Assembly (NCBI GenBank): GCA_964509795.1
Contig: CAZDZB010000002.1
Coordinates: 1-49,243, forward strand
Source: an uncultured Christensenellaceae bacterium
GTDB lineage: Bacteria > Bacillota > Clostridia > Christensenellales > UMGS416
Direction of reading: 5' to 3'
DNA length: 49,243 nt
Notes under the pieces: model-generated
What the model was told of the DNA's origin: nothing
The model's input: the letters and a program-made list of their open reading frames with translations, nothing else
The model's database searches: none
In this document: piece after piece, positions 1 to 8,661 of the stretch
Layout: each line of letters begins with the position of its first letter
Numbering within the stretch: the first letter of the stretch is position 1
Program-made: the position numbers and the translations under genes

Positions 1-1352
1 CAATTTCTCCGTGGGTTGCTACTGCGAATACATGTTTCAATGTTCATGGCATCCCTGCCTGCACAGTGTGTTAATTTATTACTTACCTGCGGCGGACAGT
101 TTTCGGTGTTCGTGCAGTATAAATGCGCCCCTATCATTAGGGTTTTTGTGCCGCATGCCGGACAGTTTTCTATTATTTTCACCTCTTGACCTTCCTGGTC
201 AACCACGCCGACTACCTCAGGGATTACATCATTTGATCTTCTAACTATGGCTCGGGAGCCAATTTTTACATTTTTACGCTGAATGTCGTCAAAATTATTC
301 AATGTTGCCCGCTGCACTGTGACTCCGCCGATATCCACGGCCTCAAGCTCCGCAACGGGAGTAATTCTTCCTGTTCTTCCTACCTGCCATGTAATATCTT
401 TGATAATTGTGGTTATTTCCTGTGCTTCAAACTTGTATGCAATAGCCCATCTGGGGAATTTGTGTGTATAGCCCAATATATCTCTTAAATTGTACTGCCA
501 GACTTTGATTACCATGCCGTCAATCAGGTAATCAAGATTGTCTCTTGTTTCTGTTACCTTTTCAATTTCAGATATTACCTGCTCAATATTTTTACATTCA
601 ATGAAATAATCATTTACCTGAATTTTCTGCTCTTTAATAAATTTTATCATCTCTCCATGATTAGTAAAGCTTATATCATCTTCATGGTAGCCTATCTGAT
701 AGAAAAACGCGTCAAGATGCCTTGATTTTGTTACTTTAGGGTCCAGGTTTCTTAATGCCCCGGCTGCCGCATTCCTGGCGTTTTTTAACGGTACATCCGC
801 AGTTTCATTATATTTTTCAAAGGTAGAAAGCCGCATTATTCCCTCTCCTTGCACTTCAAATCTACCCTTAAACGGAATTGCAAGAGGAATTGATGAAATT
901 GTCCTGGCCTGAGAAAGTATCCCCTCCCCCACTGTTCCGTTGCCTCTGGTGGCTGCCTGCTCAAGTATACCGTTATTATAGGTCAGGTTGATTGTCAATC
1001 CGTCAAATTTGTATTCCAGGCTGTAGCTTAGCGCCGCATCATCCGGCAGCAGTTTTTTTATTCGTTCATCCCATTGCCTTAATTCATCATAGCTTTTGCA
1101 TTTGTCAAGGCTCCACAGGCGCGACAAGTGCGTGTGCTTTGAAAATCCGTCTTTTAGCTGGCCTCCCACACGCAGCGTAGGTGAATTGTTAAGCACGGTG
1201 CCTGTTTTGATTTCTAAGGCAATAAGTTCATCATATAATTTATCATATTCTGCGTCGCTTACTAATATTGCGTCTTTGTCATAATACATCGCCGCATATT
1301 CATTGAGCAGAGACACTACATCCTTCATACGATTCAAGTCTTTGTTATCCAT
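1..1352 (-). CDS. ligA: NAD-dependent DNA ligase LigA, N-terminal ~450 aa (3' end of the gene lies beyond the left edge)
   Basis: Not in the ORF track because there is no stop inside the window. Manual translation of the minus strand from ATG 1352..1350 gives MDNKDLNRMKDVVSLLNEYAAMYYDKD... It contains the adenylation motif LEYKFDGLTI (KxDG), ATRGNG, and a CPACG zinc-finger near the window edge. The start lies 1 nt after the pcrA stop, the usual pcrA-ligA pairing. Confidence 0.9.
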   Translation of the reverse strand, partial: MDNKDLNRMKDVVSLLNEYAAMYYDKDAILVSDAEYDKLYDELIALEIKTGTVLNNSPTLRVGGQLKDGFSKHTHLSRLWSLDKCKSYDELRQWDERIKKLLPDDAALSYSLEYKFDGLTINLTYNNGILEQAATRGNGTVGEGILSQARTISSIPLAIPFKGRFEVQGEGIMRLSTFEKYNETADVPLKNARNAAAGALRNLDPKVTKSRHLDAFFYQIGYHEDDISFTNHGEMIKFIKEQKIQVNDYFIECKNIEQVISEIEKVTETRDNLDYLIDGMVIKVWQYNLRDILGYTHKFPRWAIAYKFEAQEITTIIKDITWQVGRTGRITPVAELEAVDIGGVTVQRATLNNFDDIQRKNVKIGSRAIVRRSNDVIPEVVGVVDQEGQEVKIIENCPACGTKTLMIGAHLYCTNTENCPPQVSNKLTHCAGRDAMNIETCIRSSNPRRN

Positions 1353-1353
1353 A

Positions 1354-3561
1354 TTATTCACCTGATATTTTCTTTAAAGGCGCATATTTTTCAGAAAGTT
1401 CTTTTGCGCCGCCTGATTGAAACGCTATTGTAAGGTTTCTGTTAGGATAGGTTCCGCTTGAGGCTATCACCATTCCTTCACCAAAGGTTTTGTGCAGCAC
1501 TTTGTCGCCCTTTTCAAGCCTTTCAGGTCCTTTTTCGGAATCTTCTTTTTTCTTAATGTGCTCAATTCCCACGGACAAATTGCCTGATATATATGTGTCG
1601 CCGAATGAATAGCTTTTTATTTTTGTGGTGTGCTTATTAGGGCTTACATCATTTATTAGTTCCTCCGGAGTTTCGGATAAAAACCTCGAAGGCCCAAGAT
1701 ATTTGGATTGGCCGAAAACTGTTCTGTTTTTTGATCGTGTAAGGCAAAGGTATTCCTTTGCTCTCGTAATTGCCACGTAGCATAGCCGTCTTTCTTCAAA
1801 CATCTGCTCTGGGTCGTCAAAGCTTCTGAAATGCGGGAAAATGCTTTCTTCCATTCCTGCAAGGAAAACAACCGGAAATTCCAGCCCTTTGGAGCCGTGT
1901 ATTGTCATTAAGGTTACGGAATTTAATCCTTCTGTCATTGAATCAAGTTCGGTTGTCAATGCCACATTTTCCAGAAAGCTTGAAAGAGTCGCATCCTCTG
2001 TCTCCTGCTCATATCTTTTTACAGCAGACACAAGTTCACCGACGTTTTCCAGCCTCATAAGCGCTTCATCAGTGTTTAACTCTTTATACATTTTCTGAAG
2101 CCCTGTGTGGTTTACAACAAAAGTAACATAATCAACCAGGTTATCCGACTGATAATTTTTAAGCTCCTCCATAAGTGTTGTAAACTCTTTTATTTTTGCT
2201 TCGGCACGGGGAACCGTATTTGCAACAATTGTTTGGCTGAAAATAGCTTCGTAGAGCCCTATTCCTCTGTAATTTGCTTCACTTATCAGCTTATCTACTG
2301 TCGTTTTGCCTATTGCTCTTTTAGGTACATTGATTATTCTCTCGAGTGATACGTCATCAAGGGGATTAACAAGCAGCCTTAAATATGCAACAACATCTTT
2401 TACTTCTTTTCGGTCATAGAATTTTGTGCCGCTGTACATTTTGTATGGAACTCCCCTGTTAACCAGAGTGTTTTCAATAACCTGCGATTGAGAATTAGTT
2501 CTGTATAATATCGCAACATCATCATAGCTGTATTGTATTTTCAGTTTTTGTATTTCATCAACAATAAAGGAAGCTTCAAGTTTTTCATTGTCTGCTGTAT
2601 ACAGCTTTATTCTGCTGCCCGGTTCTTTTACCGTCCAAAGATTTTTAGCCTTTCGCTTTGGATTGTTTTTTATCACTGTGTTTGCGCAGTCCAGTATATT
2701 TGAGGTGGACCTGTAATTTTGTTCGAGCTTTATGACTACGGCATCCGGATAATCATCCTCAAAGGTAAGAATGTTTTTTATGTCTGCTCCACGCCAGCTG
2801 TAAATCCCCTGGTCATCATCGCCGACAACAAAAATGTTTTCATGCTTCAGCGCCAGCATCTTTACAAGGTTATATTGAGCTTTATTGGTGTCTTGATATT
2901 CGTCAACATGTATATACTTGAATTTATTCTGAAAATATGCTAAAACCATTGGCTTTTCAGCAAAAAGCTCCAGCGTTTTTGTGAGAAGGTCATCAAAATC
3001 CAGCGCATTGTTTTTGTTCATCAGTTCTTCGTATTTTTTAAATACTTTTACTATTATTTTATCCCTGAAATTCCCGCCTAGGTGATTAAGGTATTCATCC
3101 GGCGTCAGCATCTTGTTTTTAGCGTCGCTTATATACCATTTCAAAGTTCTTGGATTTATCACTGAAGTATCAATATCCAGTTCTTTATAGCATTGCTTTA
3201 CTACAGAAACAGAGTCTGCCTCATCATATATTACAAAATTTCTGTTGTATCCTTTATTAAGTTCTTGGATGTTTTTTCGCAAAATTCTCGAACACATACT
3301 GTGAAAAGTAAATACCCACATGTCATGACACGCGTCCCCAACCAGTTTTTGTATTCTGTCCTTCATTTCCTTTGCGGCTTTGTTTGTGAATGTTATTGCA
3401 AGAATTTCATAAGGGTAAGCATAGCCTTCTTCTATTATTTTGGCTATGCGCCCTGTAAGCACTCTGGTTTTCCCCGACCCCGCGCCTGCCAAAACTAAAA
3501 CAGGGCCGTCAATTTGATCGACGGCTTTCTGCTGGTCTTTATTAAAATTCATTTCTGTCAT
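1354..3561 (-). CDS. pcrA: ATP-dependent DNA helicase PcrA (UvrD family)
   Basis: 735 aa. Walker A AGAGSGKT, motif II VDEYQDTN, and SF1 helicase motifs throughout. Sits directly upstream of ligA. Confidence 0.93.
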   Translation of the reverse strand: MTEMNFNKDQQKAVDQIDGPVLVLAGAGSGKTRVLTGRIAKIIEEGYAYPYEILAITFTNKAAKEMKDRIQKLVGDACHDMWVFTFHSMCSRILRKNIQELNKGYNRNFVIYDEADSVSVVKQCYKELDIDTSVINPRTLKWYISDAKNKMLTPDEYLNHLGGNFRDKIIVKVFKKYEELMNKNNALDFDDLLTKTLELFAEKPMVLAYFQNKFKYIHVDEYQDTNKAQYNLVKMLALKHENIFVVGDDDQGIYSWRGADIKNILTFEDDYPDAVVIKLEQNYRSTSNILDCANTVIKNNPKRKAKNLWTVKEPGSRIKLYTADNEKLEASFIVDEIQKLKIQYSYDDVAILYRTNSQSQVIENTLVNRGVPYKMYSGTKFYDRKEVKDVVAYLRLLVNPLDDVSLERIINVPKRAIGKTTVDKLISEANYRGIGLYEAIFSQTIVANTVPRAEAKIKEFTTLMEELKNYQSDNLVDYVTFVVNHTGLQKMYKELNTDEALMRLENVGELVSAVKRYEQETEDATLSSFLENVALTTELDSMTEGLNSVTLMTIHGSKGLEFPVVFLAGMEESIFPHFRSFDDPEQMFEERRLCYVAITRAKEYLCLTRSKNRTVFGQSKYLGPSRFLSETPEELINDVSPNKHTTKIKSYSFGDTYISGNLSVGIEHIKKKEDSEKGPERLEKGDKVLHKTFGEGMVIASSGTYPNRNLTIAFQSGGAKELSEKYAPLKKISGE

Positions 3562-3851
3562 TTTTCCACCTTTTCGATTAAGGCTTTATATCCCCCTGCC
3601 CCGTAATTTAAAGCTCTGTTAACTCTGCTTATTGTCGCGGAGCTGGCTCCTGTTTCTTTTGCAATTCTGCTGTATGTTACTCCCTGCTCGAGCATCAGTG
3701 CCACATGGTATCGCTGAGCCATAGCCTGTATTTCAGCAATTGTACATAAGTCTTCAAAAAAAGTATAACACTGTTCGATGCTGTCAATTGAAATTATGGC
3801 TTTATATAATTCATCTATGGATTTATTTTTAATTAAAGGCTCACGAGACAT
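3558..3851 (-). CDS. yerC: YerC/YecD family TrpR-like DNA-binding protein
   Basis: 97 aa. C-terminal HTH SYSRIAKETGASSATISRVNRAL is typical of the YerC/YecD (Trp-repressor-like) family. Overlaps the pcrA start by 4 nt. Confidence 0.75.
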   Translation of the reverse strand: MSREPLIKNKSIDELYKAIISIDSIEQCYTFFEDLCTIAEIQAMAQRYHVALMLEQGVTYSRIAKETGASSATISRVNRALNYGAGGYKALIEKVEK

Positions 3852-3946
3852 ATTTATTCCCCTTCTAATTTGCTTAATTTATGTTGCTATTATAACATAA
3901 TCACTAGGAATAAAAAACCTTATTTAGCCAAAACATCATTACAATA

Positions 3947-3990
3947 AGCTCTGCAGGGGCATCCGGCAGGCTTTTATTTAGTTTTTTTCT
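3947..3990 (+). terminator. Orphan intrinsic-terminator-like hairpin plus U tract in the divergent intergenic region
   Basis: AGC(U)CUGC-A-GG [GGCAU] CC-G-GCAG-GCU, followed by TTTTATTTAGTTTTTTT. The U tract is present only on the + strand. There is no + strand gene upstream. Confidence 0.4.
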
Positions 3991-3991
3991 A

Positions 3992-4019
3992 TTGTATATA
4001 TTTATTATTTGTATATAAT
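3992..4019 (+). promoter_or_regulatory. Putative sigma-A promoter of the GGDEF/EAL gene
   Basis: -35 TTGTAT (3992-3997), 16-nt spacer, -10 TATAAT (4014-4019). The TTGTATA heptamer recurs three times (3992, 4009, 4023). Confidence 0.4.
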
Positions 4020-4158
4020 ATATTGTATAGTAAATTTAATTTTATGATATGTTTTAATTTTTTTGAGTTTTGCCGTTTAAAACGGATAAAACAAGCCCAA
4101 AATATAATTATATATTTAATTAATATGACGAGTATGTGTATTTAGTGAAGGTGTTTAT

Positions 4159-7100
4159 ATGAAAAAAATAGGATTACTATGGATAGCTGTGACTTTTCTT
4201 GCTGTTTTTATGCTTGGATCTTGCAGTTCAAAACAAGAAGTAGTGTATGAAAGCAGTTTTGTTCTGACAAACCCGGACAATCTGCACGATATTATGATTA
4301 AAAGGATTGATCTGACTTATAATGACTTGGATTTAACAAGAGATGAAATAAAAATCATAGAAAAGTACAGCAAATACGGCAATGTTTTGCGTGCGGCTAC
4401 CTATACCTGGCCCGGGAAAAGCGAAACATTGACATATAAAGATTCAATTTACCCAGTAGGCGTTGATGTGTTTGAGGCTGAAGCGATAGCACAAATCTTA
4501 GGTGTAAACATTGAAATTGAACAGGTCTCATACGATGAGGCTATTGGCCTTGTTTCAACCGGCCAAGTGGATTTCGTACCCGGAGTTTACATGGCAGACA
4601 ATCTTGCAGACATCGGATATACCATTGATTCTGGTTCTGTCTCTGACTATCTATATGCATACTCAACAACAAATATACAAATTGAAAATATAAATGATTT
4701 TGACGGTCTTAGAATAGGAATTCTGCAGGATTTAAATGTTTTCAATGATTCAATAGTTTCAACCTTAAATGCAGCTGGCGTAAATTATACTCTATATGAT
4801 AATCTTATATCCGAAGCCGGCGCTTTGGATGCCTTGAGAAACGACAGGCTTGATATAGTAATTCAGACATTTTCTAAAAACCTAATATATAATCAGTGCT
4901 ACACTGAGAATGTTTCGCAGATATTCGATGAATATGGCGCGGATTTTCTTTTTACAAAAAATAATGAAGACATAGATTTAATAATGTCCGTAATAGAAAA
5001 AATATATAATTACGGAGATTATATGCTTATATTAAAGCAGGATTACATGGACATGTTCGCCGCAATGACAATTTCTCTGGGTTCCGTCTTTTCATTTAGC
5101 GAGCGTGCATTCCTGTATGACCTTACTTCTCTGCCGCTGAATATACTTGCCGTAAACAATTCAGAACCCTACATATATTATGACGCTAATGCGGAAAATT
5201 GGGAAGGAATCAGCTATGAAATATGGGACGCTGTTGCCCAAATGGCGGATATTCCCTATATGATTATTGATTCAGGGCTTGACTCAAACACAGTATACAA
5301 ACAAATTCAGGAAGATACTTTGCAGGACGGCATAAACGCCATTATTCCAATGTATACAACTCAGGATAAAGATGGACTGCTGGTCTTTTCCACTCCTATT
5401 GTTGTTGACAAGTTTGTTGTTGTAGGCCTTCATGGCTCGTCAAACATTTTCGAAATATACGACCTGACCAATACTCGAGTCGGCATTGTCGAGAGCCTGG
5501 AGTCGACAAACATAATTAAAACTTATCTCCCCAATAAGCAATACATTACAGGCTTTGCTTCAAATGATGATTTAGTTGACAGCCTTTTAGCGAGAAATAT
5601 TGATTATATAGTCCTGTCGGAGTCTGAGTTTGAACAGTATTTTTATGAGCAGCATAATTATGATTTAACAATAAAATACGAAATATCAGATGTGCAGTCT
5701 GCAATAGCATTTTACAACAATAAAGACGGGCGTACTCTGAAATCAATATATGATAAGGTTGTACCCTTTGTTAAATCAGGTAAAATTATTGAAGATTTAA
5801 CTTCAATTGATACAGACATCAGCTCGTTCATACAGTCAAGAAACCGTGATATGCTTTTCCTTATCGGCGCACTTGTGCTTTTGGTCATAGGCTTTTTAGG
5901 ATTCTTTATGTACAGGCTGACAAAGGCAAACAAAAAAGTAAGAGAAATAGCCTTTATCAACAATATAACAGGCCTGCATAACAGAACAGCGTTTTACAAT
6001 GATCATACCTTGGCTACCGGTTCATTAATATTAGTTGATATTGACGATTTCAAACGCATTAACGACGTTCATGGACACGATATCGGCGACATGTACGCTT
6101 ATGAAATCGCACAACGTATAAAAGCAATAGCGGATGAATTTGCGCTTAAAGCCTATGCTATGGATATTGACAGTTTCCTGCTCTTGGATGACGGTTCCTA
6201 CAATGAAGATAAGCTTGTATCAATTTCTGCGAAAATACTTTACGAGGTTACAAAAAACGTTAGAATATATGATACTGACCATAAGCTGACAGCTTCCATC
6301 GGAATTGCCGTAAAAAGAGATGAACGAGGCATGGAAGAACTTTATAAAAAAGTTGACACCGCTCTCTTCCTAGCGAAAGAGCGAGGCAAAAACAGATATG
6401 TTGTAGCATCCGAAGATGAATTCTTCGCTTACAGGAAAAAGCAATTCCTCAATGAACAGCTTACAAAAGAAACTATACAAGCAGAAATTGAGCCGTTCTA
6501 TCAACCCAAAGTAGACATCAGAGACGGCCGCGTAATAGGCGTAGAAGCCCTCGCCCGATGGAACTCCAGAGAACAGGGTATGATTTACCCTAAAGAAATA
6601 ATTCCTGTTTTAGAAGAGAACGGAATGCTTCCTATACTTGATGTTTCTATTCTTACCAAAGCCTGCAAAACTTATGTTGAATGGCTGGATAAAAAATTAG
6701 TTGACAAAACTTTCATTGTCTCATGCAATATGTCCTACATAACAATTGCGCAGTTTGACATAGTAGCGGCAGCAATTCAGATTCACGACAACATAGGAAT
6801 GCCCTACAGGTCATTGGAAATCGAGATAAAAGAAGCTGATTTTATTGAGCATTTAAATGAAATTGGCGATGCTTTAATAGAACTTGCCAAGCTTGGCGTA
6901 AACATATCAATAGATAACTTTACAGCCGATAAAACCATCATGGCTCAAATAGGCAGGCTTCCTGTTAACGTAATTAAAGTGGACAAAAGCGTTCTTAGCG
7001 AGGGCATAACAAAGCAAGCCCGAGAACAGTTTGACACTATAAACAGCATGACAAGAAGACTGAATATGGGATTGATAGTTGAAGGAATAGAAAGCGCAGA

Positions 7101-7218
7101 AGAAATTCAACTTATGAAAGAAATACCAATATACAGAGTACAGGGGTATTATTACAGCAATACAATATCAAAGCCCGATGTGGAAAATATTTTAAGGGTA
7201 AAGTACATTTACAGATAA
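4159..7218 (+). CDS. Membrane-anchored signalling protein: two periplasmic solute-binding-like domains, TM helix, degenerate GGDEF domain, EAL domain (probable c-di-GMP phosphodiesterase)
   Basis: 1019 aa. N-terminal signal with lipobox FMLGSC. Two SBP-family-3-like regions. One TM helix (MLFLIGALVLLVIGFLGFFMY). GGDEF-type fold (ITGLHNR...VDIDDFKRINDVHGHDIGD) with DIDSF in place of GG[DE]EF. EAL domain signatures: EPFYQPK, GVEALARW, EIEIKE, KVDKS, EGIES, QGYYYS. Confidence 0.85.
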   Translation: MKKIGLLWIAVTFLAVFMLGSCSSKQEVVYESSFVLTNPDNLHDIMIKRIDLTYNDLDLTRDEIKIIEKYSKYGNVLRAATYTWPGKSETLTYKDSIYPVGVDVFEAEAIAQILGVNIEIEQVSYDEAIGLVSTGQVDFVPGVYMADNLADIGYTIDSGSVSDYLYAYSTTNIQIENINDFDGLRIGILQDLNVFNDSIVSTLNAAGVNYTLYDNLISEAGALDALRNDRLDIVIQTFSKNLIYNQCYTENVSQIFDEYGADFLFTKNNEDIDLIMSVIEKIYNYGDYMLILKQDYMDMFAAMTISLGSVFSFSERAFLYDLTSLPLNILAVNNSEPYIYYDANAENWEGISYEIWDAVAQMADIPYMIIDSGLDSNTVYKQIQEDTLQDGINAIIPMYTTQDKDGLLVFSTPIVVDKFVVVGLHGSSNIFEIYDLTNTRVGIVESLESTNIIKTYLPNKQYITGFASNDDLVDSLLARNIDYIVLSESEFEQYFYEQHNYDLTIKYEISDVQSAIAFYNNKDGRTLKSIYDKVVPFVKSGKIIEDLTSIDTDISSFIQSRNRDMLFLIGALVLLVIGFLGFFMYRLTKANKKVREIAFINNITGLHNRTAFYNDHTLATGSLILVDIDDFKRINDVHGHDIGDMYAYEIAQRIKAIADEFALKAYAMDIDSFLLLDDGSYNEDKLVSISAKILYEVTKNVRIYDTDHKLTASIGIAVKRDERGMEELYKKVDTALFLAKERGKNRYVVASEDEFFAYRKKQFLNEQLTKETIQAEIEPFYQPKVDIRDGRVIGVEALARWNSREQGMIYPKEIIPVLEENGMLPILDVSILTKACKTYVEWLDKKLVDKTFIVSCNMSYITIAQFDIVAAAIQIHDNIGMPYRSLEIEIKEADFIEHLNEIGDALIELAKLGVNISIDNFTADKTIMAQIGRLPVNVIKVDKSVLSEGITKQAREQFDTINSMTRRLNMGLIVEGIESAEEIQLMKEIPIYRVQGYYYSNTISKPDVENILRVKYIYR

Positions 7219-7227
7219 TAACACAAA

Positions 7228-7262
7228 AGCGGCAGTATAAGCATTTATACTGCCGCTTTTTT
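7228..7262 (+). terminator. Rho-independent terminator of the GGDEF/EAL gene
   Basis: 12-bp stem AGCGGCAGTATA / TATACTGCCGCT with a 6-nt loop, followed by TTTTTT. Confidence 0.85.
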
Positions 7263-7344
7263 AAAGTTTTATTTATTTGAAATGCTTAATTGCCATTTGA
7301 CTTAGAGCGTCAAAAAAGTTTTATTTTTTAGTTTTATTTTTTAA

Positions 7345-7373
7345 TTGATTTTTTACTTTCCATATGTTAGAAT
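7345..7373 (+). promoter_or_regulatory. Putative promoter of tRNA-Leu
   Basis: -35 TTGATT (7345-7350), 17-nt spacer ending in TGT (extended -10), -10 TAGAAT (7368-7373). The tRNA starts 16 nt downstream. Confidence 0.5.
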
Positions 7374-7388
7374 AACGTTTGTGAATTA

Positions 7389-7473
7389 GCCGAAGTGATG
7401 AAATTGGCAGACGTGCTTGACTCAAAATCAAGTGCCCTAGGGCGTGCCGGTTCGAATCCGGCCTTCGGCACCA
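7389..7473 (+). tRNA. tRNA-Leu (anticodon CAA), class II with long variable arm, CCA encoded
   Basis: Acceptor GCCGAAG / CTTCGGC. Anticodon stem GCTTGA / TCAAGT with loop CTCAAAA. Variable arm GTGCCCTAGGGCGT. T arm GCCGGTTCGAATCCGGC. Ends in ACCA. Confidence 0.9.
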
Positions 7474-7475
7474 AA

Positions 7476-7511
7476 AAACAACCTTTAATTTTATGTAAAG
7501 GTTGTTTTTTA
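7476..7511. terminator. Bidirectional terminator between tRNA-Leu (+) and the FucNAc operon (-)
   Basis: Stem AAACAACCTTTA / TAAAGGTTGTTT, flanked by an A run on the left and a T run on the right. Confidence 0.8.
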
Positions 7512-7532
7512 TGTTCAAATTATTTTAACTGT

Positions 7533-8660
7533 CTAATTAATCCCCCACACTACCCTGTTGATATAATCTGTGTAAGAAATGATTATTCTTACAACTTTTT
7601 CCGAAACATTAGGCATGCTGTAATCAGCAACCTGTCGCAGAGTACCCTTTTTTTGAGTTTCTAATATTTTAAGACCCTGCATAATTCTTTCTTTTTTAAG
7701 TCCTGTCATCATTACTGATGCCTCTTCCATGGCTTCTGGCCTTTCGTGAGCCTGGCGTATATTCAGGGCTTTAAACCCTAATATTGAGGATTCTTCGCTG
7801 ATTGTGCCGCTGTCGCTTAATACAGCCTTAGCTTTTATTTGAAGCTTGATATAATCGTTAAACCCCAAAGGCTTCATTGTTTTAATTAAAGGATTAAACT
7901 TTACGTTTTTCTCTTCTATCATGTTTTTTGTTCTTGGGTGGGTGCTGACAATCAAAGGCATCTTGTAAAGTTCAGCAATGCTGTTTAAGCTTTCCACCAG
8001 GTCATTAAAGTTTTGGTCTGAATTTATATTTTCCTCCCTATGAGCTGAAACAACAAAGTACCCGCCTTCTGTAAGGTTAAGCCTTTTAAGTACGTCAGAT
8101 GATTCTATATCCTCTTTTCTTGAGTTAATTACTTCATACATAGGGCTGCCAGTTTTTATCACCCTGTCAGGGCTTATGCCCTCACGAAGAAGGTATTCTC
8201 TTGCGATATCACTGTATGTCAGGTTAATATCCGCAGTATGGTCAACAATTTTGCGGTTGGTCTCCTCCGGTACTCTCTGGTCAAAACAACGGTTTCCTGC
8301 TTCCATATGGAAAATAGGGATATGCCTTCTTTTTGCGGCAATTGCGCAAAGGCAGCTGTTTGTGTCCCCAAGCACCAAAAAAGCATCCGGTTTCACCTGC
8401 TCTAATATCGGGTCAATTTTAACTAAAATGTTGCCTATCGTTTCCACCGCCGTACCTGTGGCGGCATTAAGAAAATAATCCGGTTTTTTTAGTTTAAAGT
8501 CATTAAAAAACACTTCATTTAATTCGTAGTCATAATTCTGCCCTGTATGCACCAGCACATGCTCAACCGATTCTGTTTCAGACAATTTATTTATAACCGC
8601 AGACAACCTTATTATTTCGGGCCTTGTACCCACAACAGTCATAACTTTCAATTTTTTCAT
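7533..8660 (-). CDS. fnlC: UDP-N-acetylglucosamine 2-epimerase family, FnlC/CapG/WbjD type (UDP-2-acetamido-2,6-dideoxy-L-talose 2-epimerase)
   Basis: Non-hydrolysing 2-epimerase signature MTVVGTRPEIIRL...HTGQNYD. Third gene after the FnlA- and FnlB-type genes. I start it at MKKLKV (ATG 8660), which abuts the upstream stop (8662). The track ORF start at 8702 is an extension into the upstream gene. Confidence 0.8.
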   Translation of the reverse strand: MKKLKVMTVVGTRPEIIRLSAVINKLSETESVEHVLVHTGQNYDYELNEVFFNDFKLKKPDYFLNAATGTAVETIGNILVKIDPILEQVKPDAFLVLGDTNSCLCAIAAKRRHIPIFHMEAGNRCFDQRVPEETNRKIVDHTADINLTYSDIAREYLLREGISPDRVIKTGSPMYEVINSRKEDIESSDVLKRLNLTEGGYFVVSAHREENINSDQNFNDLVESLNSIAELYKMPLIVSTHPRTKNMIEEKNVKFNPLIKTMKPLGFNDYIKLQIKAKAVLSDSGTISEESSILGFKALNIRQAHERPEAMEEASVMMTGLKKERIMQGLKILETQKKGTLRQVADYSMPNVSEKVVRIIISYTDYINRVVWGIN

Positions 8661-8661
8661 A

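Noticed and set aside
11-1284. Four short + strand ORFs at the left edge (11-244, 283-471, 992-1180, 1096-1284).
   Set aside because: All are antisense to the partial ligA gene, whose minus-strand translation carries the KxDG ligase motif.
7389-7473. tRNA-Leu and tRNA-Glu as integration sites of genomic islands or prophages.
   Set aside because: No integrase, recombinase, transposase or phage gene lies anywhere in the window. No repeat of a tRNA 3' half occurs, since the tRNA-Glu-linked repeat shares only the CCA. An AT-rich islet is noted, but mobile-element status cannot be supported.
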